Source: Nitrospirota bacterium
Lineage (GTDB): Bacteria; Nitrospirota; Thermodesulfovibrionia; Thermodesulfovibrionales; Dissulfurispiraceae
DNA: 64,000 nucleotides
Reading direction: 5' to 3'
NCBI GenBank assembly: GCA_963790025.1
Contig: CAWBMP010000005.1
Location: 160,001 to 224,000, forward strand
Within the stretch, counting starts at the first letter, position 1; the number at the start of each line of letters is the position of its first letter. Shown here one piece after another: positions 10,691 through 20,622 of the stretch. Made by a program: the position numbers and the translations under genes. The notes under the pieces were generated by a model. It did not search any database, was not told where the DNA came from, and saw only the letters and a program-made list of their open reading frames with translations.

Positions 10691-10891
10691 ATGGCAATAA
10701 CAAAAAAGGCAACAGTAAAAAAAGCGGCAACTAAGAAACCGGTAACGAAGAAGGCTGCTGCAAAGAAAACGGCAGCCAAGAAAACTGCTGCTAAGAAGAC
10801 TGCGGTTAAGAAGACGGTAACCAAAAAGGTTGCAGCAAAAAAACCGGTCGCAAAGAAAGTTGTTGCAAAGAAGAAAGCCGCAAAGAAATAG
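10691..10891 (+). CDS. Histone H1-like Lys/Ala-rich small DNA-binding protein
   Basis: 66 aa of near-perfect xxxKK pentapeptides; strong SD (aaggaggag); third codon positions vary. Confidence 0.8.
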   Translation: MAITKKATVKKAATKKPVTKKAAAKKTAAKKTAAKKTAVKKTVTKKVAAKKPVAKKVVAKKKAAKK

Positions 10892-10905
10892 AACAAAAAG
10901 GTTAT

Positions 10906-10993
10906 TGCGTTCAGCGTACTGCGTTCAGCGTTCTGTGTCATAAGACCAAAACATATTTTTTTGACGCAGTACGCTGTACGCAGAACGCTGTAT
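10906..10993. repeat. Inverted arrays of the heptamer WGCGTWC forming a long hairpin
   Basis: tgcgttcagcgtactgcgttcagcgttctgtgtca ... tgacgcagtacgctgtacgcagaacgctgtat. Confidence 0.8.
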
Positions 10994-11035
10994 GGCCGCC
11001 TTGCCCTAACTTCCTTTCAGATGGTATCTTAAAGA

Positions 11036-13636
11036 GTGACCCTTTCTTTTTTCCAAAAGCCCAGCCGTTATATAAACAGCGAATACAATGCAATCAAGCC
11101 GTCGTCGGTCCCTGATAAAAAAAAATCAGCTGGCGCTGCCCGGATTGTATTGGCCTTCCCTGACACTTACGAAATCGGCATGTCGCATCTTGGATTGAAA
11201 ATACTTTATGAATGCATCAATAAACTGCCCTTTGCTTCTGCAGAGCGGTGCTTTGCTCCCTGGCCTGACCTCGAAGCGCATATGAAGAGTTCGGCACTGC
11301 CGCTTTCGGCACTCGAATCGCATGCGCCGATCAGGGAATTTGACGCAGTGGGATTCAGTCTGCAGTATGAGTTGTCCTATACAACCGTCTTGAATATGCT
11401 TGCCCTCGGAGGAATCCCGCTGCGTACTGCAGAGAGAATGGATGCAAAAGGGCCTATGCCGCTGGTCGTTGCAGGGGGGCCGTGCACTGTTAACCCGGCG
11501 CCGATGAGCCCGTTTATCGATGCATTTCTCATTGGTGACGGAGAGCACGCTGCAGTTGAGCTTGCCAATATACTGCACCTCTGGAAAGTTGAAGGCGATG
11601 GAAGGCGGGAGACTTTATTACGGGGGATAGCGGACCTCGCTGGATTTTATGTGCCGCTTGTGCACGGCGCTGGTCAGAGGATACGGAGACAAATTGTCGA
11701 GGATCTGGATGCTGCGGCATATCCGGTAAGGCCGATAGTTCCTTATACCTCGATTGTGCACGACAGGATCAATATAGAGGTCTCGCGGGGATGTCCAATG
11801 GGATGCAGATTTTGCCAGGCGGGGATTATTTACCGGCCTTTAAGGGAGAGGAGCCCGGAGACAGTATTAAGGATTGCTGCGGAAGCGCTGGGCAGCACAG
11901 GATATGATGAGGTGTCTCTTACGTCTTTAAGTGCTGGGGACTATACCTGCCTGCTGCCGGTAATAAGGGAATTCAATAGAAAGTTCAGTTGCTCCAGGAT
12001 TGCGCTGTCCCTGCCTTCTTTGACGGTCAAGGCGATTGACCGGGCTGTTCTGAGAGAAATACGTTCGGTGAGAAAAACCGGCTTTACTATTGCCCCGGAA
12101 GCTGCTACAGACCGCCTGCGGAGTGTTATCAACAAAGATTTCACCGAAGAAGATTATGAACTTGCCCTGAAAAAGCTGTTCGAAGAGGGATGGCTTAATC
12201 TCAAACTGTACTTTATGGCAGGGCTTCCTACTGAGCGGGATGAAGATATAGAAGCAATAGAGAAAATGGCATCCGCCGCACTGAAGATCGCTAAAAAAAA
12301 CACAGGCAAATTTGTGAACCTCAGTATTACCGTTTCACCCTTTGTGCCAAAAGCACACACTCCTTTCCAGTGGTGTGGACAGGTCAGTCTCGATGAGATG
12401 CGAAGGAAGTTGCACTATCTGAGAGAATCCCTGAGCAGAAAAAAATTCAAGTATAAGGGACATGATGAACGGATGAGTTTTTTGGAAGCGGTATTTGCGC
12501 GTGGGGACAATAACTTGTCTCAGTTGATTGAGAAAGCCTGGGAGTCCGGCTGCCGGCTCGATGGCTGGACTGAACATTTCAATTTTCGGGCCTGGTCGGA
12601 AGCGATGGACAAAACAGGCATTGATGGCCCGGCCTGCTCTGAAAGGAGTTTTGGCAGAGATGAGAGGCTCCCGTGGGACATTATAGACATTGGGGTGAAG
12701 AAGGATTTTCTATACAGGGAATATGAGCGCGCACTATCTGAAGAGAAGACGCCGGGCTGCGGAGAAAGCTGTATGCACTGTGGCTTGCGGTGTCCCGGTG
12801 GAAAGGAAAACCATGAAGTTGAGACCCCGCATTCTTTTTCTGAAGTTTCCCCGCTTCTCAGATTCAAAGACTCCATACTTCCCAAAGTTAAGGTCAGGGT
12901 GCAATTCACCAAGATGGGCAGACTCCGTTATCTCTCACATCTTGAATTAATGACTGCAGTACTTCGGGGTTTGAGACGGGCTGGGGTCAGATTTGATTTT
13001 TCAAAAGGATTCCATCCCGCCCCACGGGTTGCTTTCGGTCCATCCCTCAGTGTCGGTGTTGCCGGAGAACGGGAGTATTTTGATATGGAGGTTTTCAGTC
13101 CTTTTGATATAGAATTTTATCAGGGAGAGATGAACAGGTCCATGCCTGAAGATATCCGGGTAAACAAAATGAAAATTATCGAGGTCAATGGGCTTTCCCT
13201 CAATAGTTTTATAGTACGTTATGAATATATTATCAGAGGGTTGAAAATTGAGAACCTGAAAGACGAAAGGGCCGGGGCATTCATGAGGGAATCCCGCGCT
13301 GCATCCTGCAGGACATTCGGCAGCTTTGGAGATTGCCGGGAAAGTCCCGCTCTTGTCGTCCTCAGAGACGGTAAGGAAGTCGATATAACCCACTGCATTG
13401 AAGAAGTGGCAATAATCGGGGTCCCCGCCAGAAGTGGGGACGTGGAAGCCAAAAATCCGGAGATTTATGGGGGTGGCGTGGGAAGGGACATCAGGCTTGT
13501 ACTGAAGGACCAGGACACAGTCAAGGCAAGGCTCGGAGAAGCGGTAGAAGCGCTTTTCGGCCTGAACTTCAGAGAAACGGACATCACGCGGACAGCGCTT
13601 TACGGTTGGACAAACGGATGGGTAGAGCCATTATAA
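11036..13636 (+). CDS. B12-binding radical SAM protein (TIGR03960-type) fused to a DUF2344/TIGR03936-type domain
   Basis: 'LAFPDTYEIGMSHLG'; CxxxCxxC 'RGCPMGCRFC'; C-terminal 'RYLSHLELM...FSKGFHPAP'; lies upstream of rng as is typical. Confidence 0.9.
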   Translation: MTLSFFQKPSRYINSEYNAIKPSSVPDKKKSAGAARIVLAFPDTYEIGMSHLGLKILYECINKLPFASAERCFAPWPDLEAHMKSSALPLSALESHAPIREFDAVGFSLQYELSYTTVLNMLALGGIPLRTAERMDAKGPMPLVVAGGPCTVNPAPMSPFIDAFLIGDGEHAAVELANILHLWKVEGDGRRETLLRGIADLAGFYVPLVHGAGQRIRRQIVEDLDAAAYPVRPIVPYTSIVHDRINIEVSRGCPMGCRFCQAGIIYRPLRERSPETVLRIAAEALGSTGYDEVSLTSLSAGDYTCLLPVIREFNRKFSCSRIALSLPSLTVKAIDRAVLREIRSVRKTGFTIAPEAATDRLRSVINKDFTEEDYELALKKLFEEGWLNLKLYFMAGLPTERDEDIEAIEKMASAALKIAKKNTGKFVNLSITVSPFVPKAHTPFQWCGQVSLDEMRRKLHYLRESLSRKKFKYKGHDERMSFLEAVFARGDNNLSQLIEKAWESGCRLDGWTEHFNFRAWSEAMDKTGIDGPACSERSFGRDERLPWDIIDIGVKKDFLYREYERALSEEKTPGCGESCMHCGLRCPGGKENHEVETPHSFSEVSPLLRFKDSILPKVKVRVQFTKMGRLRYLSHLELMTAVLRGLRRAGVRFDFSKGFHPAPRVAFGPSLSVGVAGEREYFDMEVFSPFDIEFYQGEMNRSMPEDIRVNKMKIIEVNGLSLNSFIVRYEYIIRGLKIENLKDERAGAFMRESRAASCRTFGSFGDCRESPALVVLRDGKEVDITHCIEEVAIIGVPARSGDVEAKNPEIYGGGVGRDIRLVLKDQDTVKARLGEAVEALFGLNFRETDITRTALYGWTNGWVEPL

Positions 13637-13646
13637 AAGGAACAAT

Positions 13647-15152
13647 ATGACATCTGAACTGGTCATTAATGTTACGAGAGAAGAAAGCAGGGTCGCCCTC
13701 CTCGAGGGGGGGCAGGTTGTCGAGCAGTATATAGAAAGGAAGAGGGACACAAGCCTTGTAGGAAACATATACAAAGGAAAGGTCCTGAAGATATTGCCCG
13801 GCATGCAGTCGTCATTTATTGATATAGGTCTTGAGAAGGCCGCTTTTCTCTATGTTGCCGACATAATGAGGGAGATGGAAGATTATTACGCTGCATTTCT
13901 CGACAACGTGGAGGACCGGGAGTTATATGCAAGAAATGAGTGCAAAGAGGAATCTCTGTCTATAGAAGAACTGATTCAGGAAGGGCAGGAACTCCTGGTG
14001 CAGGTGTCAAAAGACCCGATTGGAACAAAAGGAGCGCGTGTCACTTCGTATGTAACTCTTCCGGGCAGATATGTGGTGCTCATGCCCAATGTGGAACACG
14101 TCGGCATATCACGGCGTATCGAGGATGAAGAGGCGAGGGCAACGCTGAAAAACATCGCGGCTGAGCTTAAACCCAAAGGGTTCGGTTTGATCATGAGGAC
14201 TGCATGTGAGGATGCAACAATTGATGAAATCAGACACGATCTCGAATTTTTACTGCTGTTATGGGACAGCATACAAAAAAAGAAGGACAAGGTTTCCGCC
14301 CCGAACCTTCTGTACAGTGATCTTGACCTGGTATTCAGAAGTGTTCGGGATTTCATGAGCCATAATGTGGAAAGACTGGTCATAGACTCTACTGATGAAT
14401 ACGACCGTTTGAAGGAATTTGCCAAAACCTATTTCCCCCGGCTTATTGATAGAATCGAGCTCTATGAGGGCAGGGAGCCGATGTTCGACGCCTTCGGGAT
14501 AGAACTTGATATTTCAAGGGCGCTCGGCAGGAGGGTATGGCTCAAATCAGGGGGCTATATCGTCATTGACCAGACAGAGGCAATGACTGTTATCGATGTT
14601 AATACCGGTAAGTTCGTGGGGAAAGAAAACCTTGAAGATACTATTTTGAAAACTAACCTTGAGGCGGTCAAGGAAATAGCGTACCAGGTGAGGCTGAGGA
14701 ACCTCGGAGGCATCATTATTACCGATTTCATCGATATGGAAAAGTTGGAAAACAGGGAAAAGGTTTTTAAGGCCTTTGTGGACGCGATGAAAAAGGACAG
14801 GGCGAAAAATACTATTTACAATATTTCGGAGCTCGGCATCATACAAATGACGAGAAAGCGGGTCCGTGAAAGTCTCGGACGCGTGCTGTGCGAACAGTGC
14901 CCCTACTGTGAGGGGAGGGGATTCGTCAAATCGGCGCGTACGGTCACGTATGAGATATTCAGGAAGGTGAGAAAAATGAATCTGGCCCGCGGAACAATGG
15001 CCTTGATCAAAGCTAATCCCGCTGTAGCCGAACTGCTTTCCTATGAAGAGCGGCAGGGCCTGGAGGAAATTGAAGGCGCCTATGGCATCCAGCTAATAAT
15101 AAAAGAGGAAATACGGTTTCATCAGGAGAATTACGAAATTACAATACTGTAA
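13647..15152 (+). CDS. rng: Ribonuclease G (Rne/Rng family)
   Basis: 'VGNIYKGKV..ILPGMQSSFIDIG', 'TEAMTVIDVNTGKF', 'RLRNLGGIIITDFIDM', CPYC Zn link; 501 aa with no long C-terminal tail. Confidence 0.95.
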   Translation: MTSELVINVTREESRVALLEGGQVVEQYIERKRDTSLVGNIYKGKVLKILPGMQSSFIDIGLEKAAFLYVADIMREMEDYYAAFLDNVEDRELYARNECKEESLSIEELIQEGQELLVQVSKDPIGTKGARVTSYVTLPGRYVVLMPNVEHVGISRRIEDEEARATLKNIAAELKPKGFGLIMRTACEDATIDEIRHDLEFLLLLWDSIQKKKDKVSAPNLLYSDLDLVFRSVRDFMSHNVERLVIDSTDEYDRLKEFAKTYFPRLIDRIELYEGREPMFDAFGIELDISRALGRRVWLKSGGYIVIDQTEAMTVIDVNTGKFVGKENLEDTILKTNLEAVKEIAYQVRLRNLGGIIITDFIDMEKLENREKVFKAFVDAMKKDRAKNTIYNISELGIIQMTRKRVRESLGRVLCEQCPYCEGRGFVKSARTVTYEIFRKVRKMNLARGTMALIKANPAVAELLSYEERQGLEEIEGAYGIQLIIKEEIRFHQENYEITIL

Positions 15153-15156
15153 AACA

Positions 15157-15220
15157 GGCTATGGGCGATAGGCCATAGGCGATAGGTTAAACATGGCCCA
15201 TTGCCCATGGCCCATCGCCT
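15157..15220. repeat. Inverted arrays of the heptamer ATRGGCS forming a hairpin
   Basis: aggctatgggcgataggccataggcgatagg ... gcccattgcccatggcccatcgcct. Confidence 0.75.
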
Positions 15221-15230
15221 GGTTTTATTT

Positions 15231-16013
15231 ATGAAATATCAAAAACTTTTGTCCATCCTTCATGATATCGAATCAGCAGTACTTGCTTTCTCGGGCGGTG
15301 TTGACAGCACCTTTCTGCTTAAGGCGTTGAAGGAGTCGGGCATACGCACGCTTGCGGTGACCGCATATTCTGAAACCATGCCTGCAGCCGAGCTCGAAAG
15401 CGCTGTTACCCTGGCAAAAATTGTTGATGTTACGCATAGAGTGATCATGACCGATGAGATGTCCAATCCGGATTTTATACGCAATCCCAGAGACCGGTGC
15501 TTTTATTGCAAGGACGAACTCTTTTCAAGACTGGCCGCCATTGCCCGCGCTGAAGAATACCGGTTTGTGATTGACGGCAGCAATAAGGACGACCTTGCGG
15601 ACTGGCGGCCGGGCAGTCAGGCTGCGGCAAGGCATGGAGTGAGGAGCCCCCTTTTGGAAGCGGGATTATCAAAGGATGAAATACGGGCGTTGTCCAGGAA
15701 AATGGGGCTGCCGACATGGTCCAAACCTGCATCGCCCTGCCTCTCGTCGAGGTTTCCTTACGGGATTCAGATTACTAAGGATGGGCTTAAAAGGGTGGAG
15801 CACGCCGAGGCATTCCTTAAAGGACTTGGGTTCGGGGACCTCAGAGTCAGGAGCCACAATGATATGGCAAGGATAGAGGTTGATCCGGGAGAATTGTCCA
15901 GGTTCTTTGACAGCGAGATGAGGGAGTCCGTAGTTAAGGAGCTTAAAAAACTCGGGTTTAAGTATGTGAGTATCGATCTTGAGGGTTTCAGGAGCGGGAA
16001 GCTTAATGAATAG
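15231..16013 (+). CDS. larE: ATP-dependent sulfur transferase LarE (PP-loop)
   Basis: 'AFSGGVDS', 'NPRDRCFYCK', 'DWRPG', 'KPASPCLSSRFPYG', 'DLEGFRSG'. Confidence 0.92.
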   Translation: MKYQKLLSILHDIESAVLAFSGGVDSTFLLKALKESGIRTLAVTAYSETMPAAELESAVTLAKIVDVTHRVIMTDEMSNPDFIRNPRDRCFYCKDELFSRLAAIARAEEYRFVIDGSNKDDLADWRPGSQAAARHGVRSPLLEAGLSKDEIRALSRKMGLPTWSKPASPCLSSRFPYGIQITKDGLKRVEHAEAFLKGLGFGDLRVRSHNDMARIEVDPGELSRFFDSEMRESVVKELKKLGFKYVSIDLEGFRSGKLNE

Positions 16014-17226
16014 TGTCACCAGGCCTTCAAAATTCAGTTCAGAGACAGTTTCAGCCCTGGACCATTGCGTGCGTTGCGGCGGTTGCAAGGCACTGTGCCC
16101 GACATACGATGAGGATGTCACCGAGGGTATGAGTGCGCGGGGGCGTGTTCTCCTGCTCAAAAAATTTATAGAGGGTGAACTCGGGCCATCGGAGATACTT
16201 GACAAAAGAATCTTTAGCTGCATGCTTTGCGGCGCTTGCAATGCGCTTTGTCCTCTCGGGATAAGGATTACCGATGCTATATATGAAGGAAGGAAGAACC
16301 TGAGGACATTAGTCAATAAGAGAAGATTTCTCGGCATTGCTGCCAGGCTCGCTTTCAAACGGGCCTCCACAGGTTTTAAGGCGCTGAAAATGCTTGAGGG
16401 CATAGGGGAAATACTGCCGCTTCAAAGACTGCCGTATTTCAGAGTGCTGCATGAAATGGGCATAAATATTTCCGGCCCTGTGCTCAGGGACGGCATGTCT
16501 CTTTTCAAGGCGGCCAGGCCTAAAGGAAGGATTGCAGTTTTTGCGGGTTGCACCGTAAATTTTCTCTACCCGCATATAGGTGGTTCGCTCATAAGGATTT
16601 TGAATGGGATGAACTATGATGTTGTGCTGCCGAAGGGGGAAGTCTGCTGCGGGGCGCCGCTGCTCGGTCTGGGGTTTGAGGAGGACGCAGCCGAACTTGC
16701 GTACAGAAATATGGAGGTATTTAAAAAAATGAGCGTGGAAGCCGTCATCGGTCTTTGTCCGACCTGCGTTTATTTTATCAGGGATGAATACAAAAGGCTG
16801 GTTGGCGACTGCGTTGACAATGCACTGGAGGTGACCCAGTTCTTCAGTAACACGCCGCCTGAAATAAAAAGGGACATGGGTGACACTTTAATGCGTACGG
16901 CATACCACGATCCCTGTCACGCATTTTACAGTCTGCACGTGCATGCCGAGCCGAGGGCCATTCTGAAGTCGCTGGGAGTCGACCCCATCGCTTCTGAAAA
17001 GGGATGCTGTGGCTTTGCCGGTACATTTAGAGTATTATATCCGGATATGTCCAAAACTATTCTCGATAAGAGGATTGAGGGGTATAAGGAGGCTGATATG
17101 ATAGTCACCTCCTGCCCGAATTGTATTCTTCAGATCAGAAGCAGTATAAAGGGCCGTCACATAAGACACATTGTAGAACTCATAGATGAGGCGGTACAAG
17201 GAGGAAAGAAATGCAGAGAAAAATAA
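16006..17226 (+). CDS. GlcF-like (Fe-S)-binding oxidoreductase subunit with two CCG domains
   Basis: Two CxxCxxCxxxCP ferredoxin motifs; 'EVCCGAP', 'YHDPCH', 'GCCGFAG', 'TSCPNC'. Confidence 0.88.
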   Translation: MNSVTRPSKFSSETVSALDHCVRCGGCKALCPTYDEDVTEGMSARGRVLLLKKFIEGELGPSEILDKRIFSCMLCGACNALCPLGIRITDAIYEGRKNLRTLVNKRRFLGIAARLAFKRASTGFKALKMLEGIGEILPLQRLPYFRVLHEMGINISGPVLRDGMSLFKAARPKGRIAVFAGCTVNFLYPHIGGSLIRILNGMNYDVVLPKGEVCCGAPLLGLGFEEDAAELAYRNMEVFKKMSVEAVIGLCPTCVYFIRDEYKRLVGDCVDNALEVTQFFSNTPPEIKRDMGDTLMRTAYHDPCHAFYSLHVHAEPRAILKSLGVDPIASEKGCCGFAGTFRVLYPDMSKTILDKRIEGYKEADMIVTSCPNCILQIRSSIKGRHIRHIVELIDEAVQGGKKCREK

Positions 17227-17963
17227 AAGATCAGCGGTTGGAAATCATTACACCGCAGGATACGGAAAATGATGATAGGCCGAAAAAAATGCGTCTGCAG
17301 AAGAGGACGAGTTGTATACGATGCGGCAAGTGTTGTACGGATTCGAGCCCTTCGTTGCTGAAAGAGGACCTGGCCCTTTTCACCTCAGGCGTTCTTTCCT
17401 ATGACAACACATATACCATAAGGCAGGGAGAGTTGGTGCGCTCTCACGGGGATGGACATATATATGAATCCTTCACGGAACTTATCAAGATACGCAGTAA
17501 AGGAGAGGGCCCTGTTTGCATTTTTTACGGCGAGGATGAGGGATGCGGCATTTACGAGAACAGGCCGTCCCAATGCAGGCAATACGAATGCTGGCGGCAG
17601 GTTGACCTTTATGGAGGGCTTGAGAAGAATTCTCTTGTTAGGAAGGAACTGTTTAATGATGTCGATGTGCTCCTGGATATTATTGGAAAACATGAAGAAA
17701 AGTGCTCATACGAGAAGCTTCACGGAGCATTTGAACGTGTTGCACAGAGGGACGAAAATGCTGTTGAAGAGATTATGGATATGCTTCAGTACGACACATA
17801 TCTGCGCCCCTTTCTTAATGAGAAGTTCAATGTTCCGGACGATGCCATGGACCTGCTGCTGGGCAGGCCGTTGGTGGAGGCGGTGAATGAATTCGGTTTC
17901 AGGGTGGTCAGGGAAGGCGATGATTATATTTTGTTGCCGCTAGAGAAGGCAGAGGAACAATAG
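17211..17963 (+). CDS. YkgJ-family cysteine-cluster (CxxCxxCC) protein
   Basis: 'CIRCGKCC' and 'CIFY....GCGIYENRPSQCRQYEC'. Confidence 0.85.
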   Translation: MQRKIKDQRLEIITPQDTENDDRPKKMRLQKRTSCIRCGKCCTDSSPSLLKEDLALFTSGVLSYDNTYTIRQGELVRSHGDGHIYESFTELIKIRSKGEGPVCIFYGEDEGCGIYENRPSQCRQYECWRQVDLYGGLEKNSLVRKELFNDVDVLLDIIGKHEEKCSYEKLHGAFERVAQRDENAVEEIMDMLQYDTYLRPFLNEKFNVPDDAMDLLLGRPLVEAVNEFGFRVVREGDDYILLPLEKAEEQ

Positions 17964-17978
17964 GGAGAAAGGTGACCG

Positions 17979-18203
17979 GTGGCGACTGAAGAATGGGTGG
18001 AGGTGCTGCTTACGTTCGATCCCCTTGAGGCGGAGATGGTTAAGGACATTTTGGAGAGTGGCGGAATTCCGGTCGCGGTGCGGTCTTCAAAAGTGGGCCC
18101 TTATCCGGTCAACATCGGCAGGATGGGCGAGATCAGGCTTCTGGTGCCGCAGGCCGACAGGGCACTGGCGGAGAAAGTGATCAAAGGAGACGAAGACTAC
18201 TAA
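17979..18203 (+). CDS. DUF2007 / putative signal-transducing small protein
   Basis: 'EAEMVKDILESGGIP' and 'GEIRLLVP..D...A'; GTG start after aggtga. Confidence 0.75.
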   Translation: MATEEWVEVLLTFDPLEAEMVKDILESGGIPVAVRSSKVGPYPVNIGRMGEIRLLVPQADRALAEKVIKGDEDY

Positions 18204-19702
18204 AGCCCGGGCCTTCTTATCTTCTCCAGCGCTAAAAACGCCTCCCTGTGTTCATGAGGATAGTTTTCTGCGGTAAATACCTTAAGTGCCTCTTTATACG
18301 CCTGGGCCGCGCTGCTCATGTTACTCTTTTTGTCCTTGTATTTCGAGAGACTCCTGTATGCATTGCCTAGGTTGTACTGTATTGCAGCGAAAATGGCCGG
18401 ATCATTGACGGATGTTTGTACCGTGAGGGCCTCATTATAGGCTTGTATACATTTTTCGAGGATTTTCTCCTCACCCTCGTTTTCATAAAGCATAAGATAG
18501 GTATCTCCCAGCCTGCGCTGCACAGCGGCATATACGGCAGGGTCCTTCTCGGCTGTGTATATTTTCCCGGCGTTAGCGTAAGCGGAGCCTGCCTTGCGCA
18601 GGTTGTCAACTTTGTCGCTCAACCTGGAAAGCTCGCTGTAGACATCGCCAAGGCTGTCTTGTATTTCGGCATACACAAGGGGATGCTTCTTGCTTGTGTA
18701 TATTTTAAGCGCCTGATTATAAGCATTGATTGAATTACCAAGGATTTCCGGTTCGTGTTGTATCCTGGAGAGTAAGGCATAGGCCCTGCCGATGTTTTCC
18801 TGGGCCACACCAAATTCGGCGGGATATTTTTCGATAGTGTATACCCTGAGGGCATTCGAGAATGAATTGATGGCCATGACCAGATTGTCTTTCTGCTTGT
18901 GGATTTCTGTATATGTCATATAAATAGCGCCCAGGTTATTTTGAACTTGCGCATAATTTAAGGGATAGGTCTCGATTGTGTAAATTTTCAATGATTCATC
19001 GAATGCAGCTATTGCCCTGGGCATGTTGCTTTCCTTATTGCCGGATTCGGCAAGGGCCTTATATGAAGACCCCAGTTTGTATTGTGCTGAAGCGTAATCG
19101 AGAGGCTGAGTATCGGGCGTATGCAGCCCGATAACTTCGTTGAATGCGCGAACAGCCTTGCCGAGAAATTCTTCTTTCTTATGGAGTTCCGATATTTTCA
19201 GGTATGAATCGCCCAGGCTCGTCTGAATCGCGATATACACGGCAGGCTGTTTTTGGCGATCTATATACGGCAATGCCTCTTCGTATGCCTGGGTTGCCTT
19301 AATCAGGTTTTCAAGCGTATTGCGTGTCAGGGCGATTGCACGATAGCAATCCCCTTCGTTTTGCTTGATGTGACCAAACATCTCAGACTTAAGCTGTTTG
19401 GGCATATTAAGCAAAAGTTCATTATATATCGTGAGAGCTTCCATGGTCATTTTTTCATGCATCATCATATCCGCTGTTTCAAGACGTTTCAATATTCTGT
19501 TCCTGTATGCCTTCTGCTTCCGGTAATCCGAGTAGAGATACACTATTATGATAAGAGAGCCGGCGACAGCGGCCCCTATCATTCCGCCTAATAAGCCATT
19601 AATCCACCGCTGGGGGTCAATTGACATAAGATCAGAAAGCATAACGGGACAGTTCATTATGCGTTTGGCAACGGTATATTGTTTCAAGCCCGCGCACCGC
19701 AA
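18200..19702 (-). CDS. Membrane-anchored TPR-repeat protein (true start may be ATG 19627)
   Basis: About nine ~47-aa repeats of the 'P..YA..Q.NLG..Y..L...AI.A..EAL..YT' type after one TM segment. Confidence 0.85.
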   Translation of the reverse strand: MRCAGLKQYTVAKRIMNCPVMLSDLMSIDPQRWINGLLGGMIGAAVAGSLIIIVYLYSDYRKQKAYRNRILKRLETADMMMHEKMTMEALTIYNELLLNMPKQLKSEMFGHIKQNEGDCYRAIALTRNTLENLIKATQAYEEALPYIDRQKQPAVYIAIQTSLGDSYLKISELHKKEEFLGKAVRAFNEVIGLHTPDTQPLDYASAQYKLGSSYKALAESGNKESNMPRAIAAFDESLKIYTIETYPLNYAQVQNNLGAIYMTYTEIHKQKDNLVMAINSFSNALRVYTIEKYPAEFGVAQENIGRAYALLSRIQHEPEILGNSINAYNQALKIYTSKKHPLVYAEIQDSLGDVYSELSRLSDKVDNLRKAGSAYANAGKIYTAEKDPAVYAAVQRRLGDTYLMLYENEGEEKILEKCIQAYNEALTVQTSVNDPAIFAAIQYNLGNAYRSLSKYKDKKSNMSSAAQAYKEALKVFTAENYPHEHREAFLALEKIRRPGL

Positions 19703-19848
19703 TCCTCCATCCTATAAGCATTTTGTTACTCTATATACTATACTCTATATCGGCTGATTTGCAATTTGAATTGGTTAAACCCAAGTTGGGCGATACTTGG
19801 GTTATAATAATCCAATATGGAGTACAGGAATCCCGGATATGGCCGGAA

Positions 19849-20622
19849 ATGAACCCAATCGATATTTATAAGAAACTTCCAAAGACCAACTGCGGCGACT
19901 GTGTGCAAAAAGCCTGCATGCCTTTTGCCTTTGCACTGCTGAAGGGAGATGCGGACCTTTCGGACTGCACAGGGTTAACGGAAGAAGAAAAAGGCGAGAT
20001 GGCGGCCGTGGTCAGGAAAACCGATTGGCGTGAAGATTTGATTGCAAACCTGAAAGACGAAATAACGAAAATTCGATTTCATGAGGTCTCCGATAATCTC
20101 GGGGCCGAATTCAGAGACGGACATCTCTTTATCAGGTGTTTCGGGAGAGACGTCATAGTCGGTCCCTATGGAGAGATGCAGACGCAGAGCGGCCTTACTC
20201 CGTGGATGAGAATGCTTGTGCTTTTTTACATCAGGAATGGCGGCACGCAGGGCCTTTCCGGCAAATGGGTCTTGCACAGCGAACTGATGGGCGGGTTGAT
20301 GAAATACAAGGCCTTTAAAAGAGAGTGTGAAGGGCCGTTAAAGGAGCTGCTTGACAAGCATTTCAAGAAAGTCTCATTCCGGCTGGATGCTTATGGAGCT
20401 GAACACCCCGGGGGATTCGCGACTCAAAACGCCTGGTTAGTATATGTCTTTCCCAGACTGCCGGTCCTTTTTCTTTATTGGCCTGCTGATGATGAATTTG
20501 AATCGCAAGTCACTATACGCTTCGACTCCACAGCAGACAAATGCTTTGATGTGGAGCAGCTGATTTTCCTGGTAGAAGAAATAGTTAGAGACATGGAAAC
20601 GGCTATTGGAAACACCTTCTAA
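19849..20622 (+). CDS. N-terminal Fe-S domain + DUF3786 protein
   Basis: 'LPKTNCGDC...CMPFA......C' Fe-S motif; C-terminal 'FPRLPVLFLYWPADDEF...IRFD'. Confidence 0.82.
   Translation: MNPIDIYKKLPKTNCGDCVQKACMPFAFALLKGDADLSDCTGLTEEEKGEMAAVVRKTDWREDLIANLKDEITKIRFHEVSDNLGAEFRDGHLFIRCFGRDVIVGPYGEMQTQSGLTPWMRMLVLFYIRNGGTQGLSGKWVLHSELMGGLMKYKAFKRECEGPLKELLDKHFKKVSFRLDAYGAEHPGGFATQNAWLVYVFPRLPVLFLYWPADDEFESQVTIRFDSTADKCFDVEQLIFLVEEIVRDMETAIGNTF

Noticed and set aside
10504..10941. 145-aa Phe/Ala-rich ORF
   Set aside because: It is the antisense shadow of the Lys/Ala-rich gene, which has the SD
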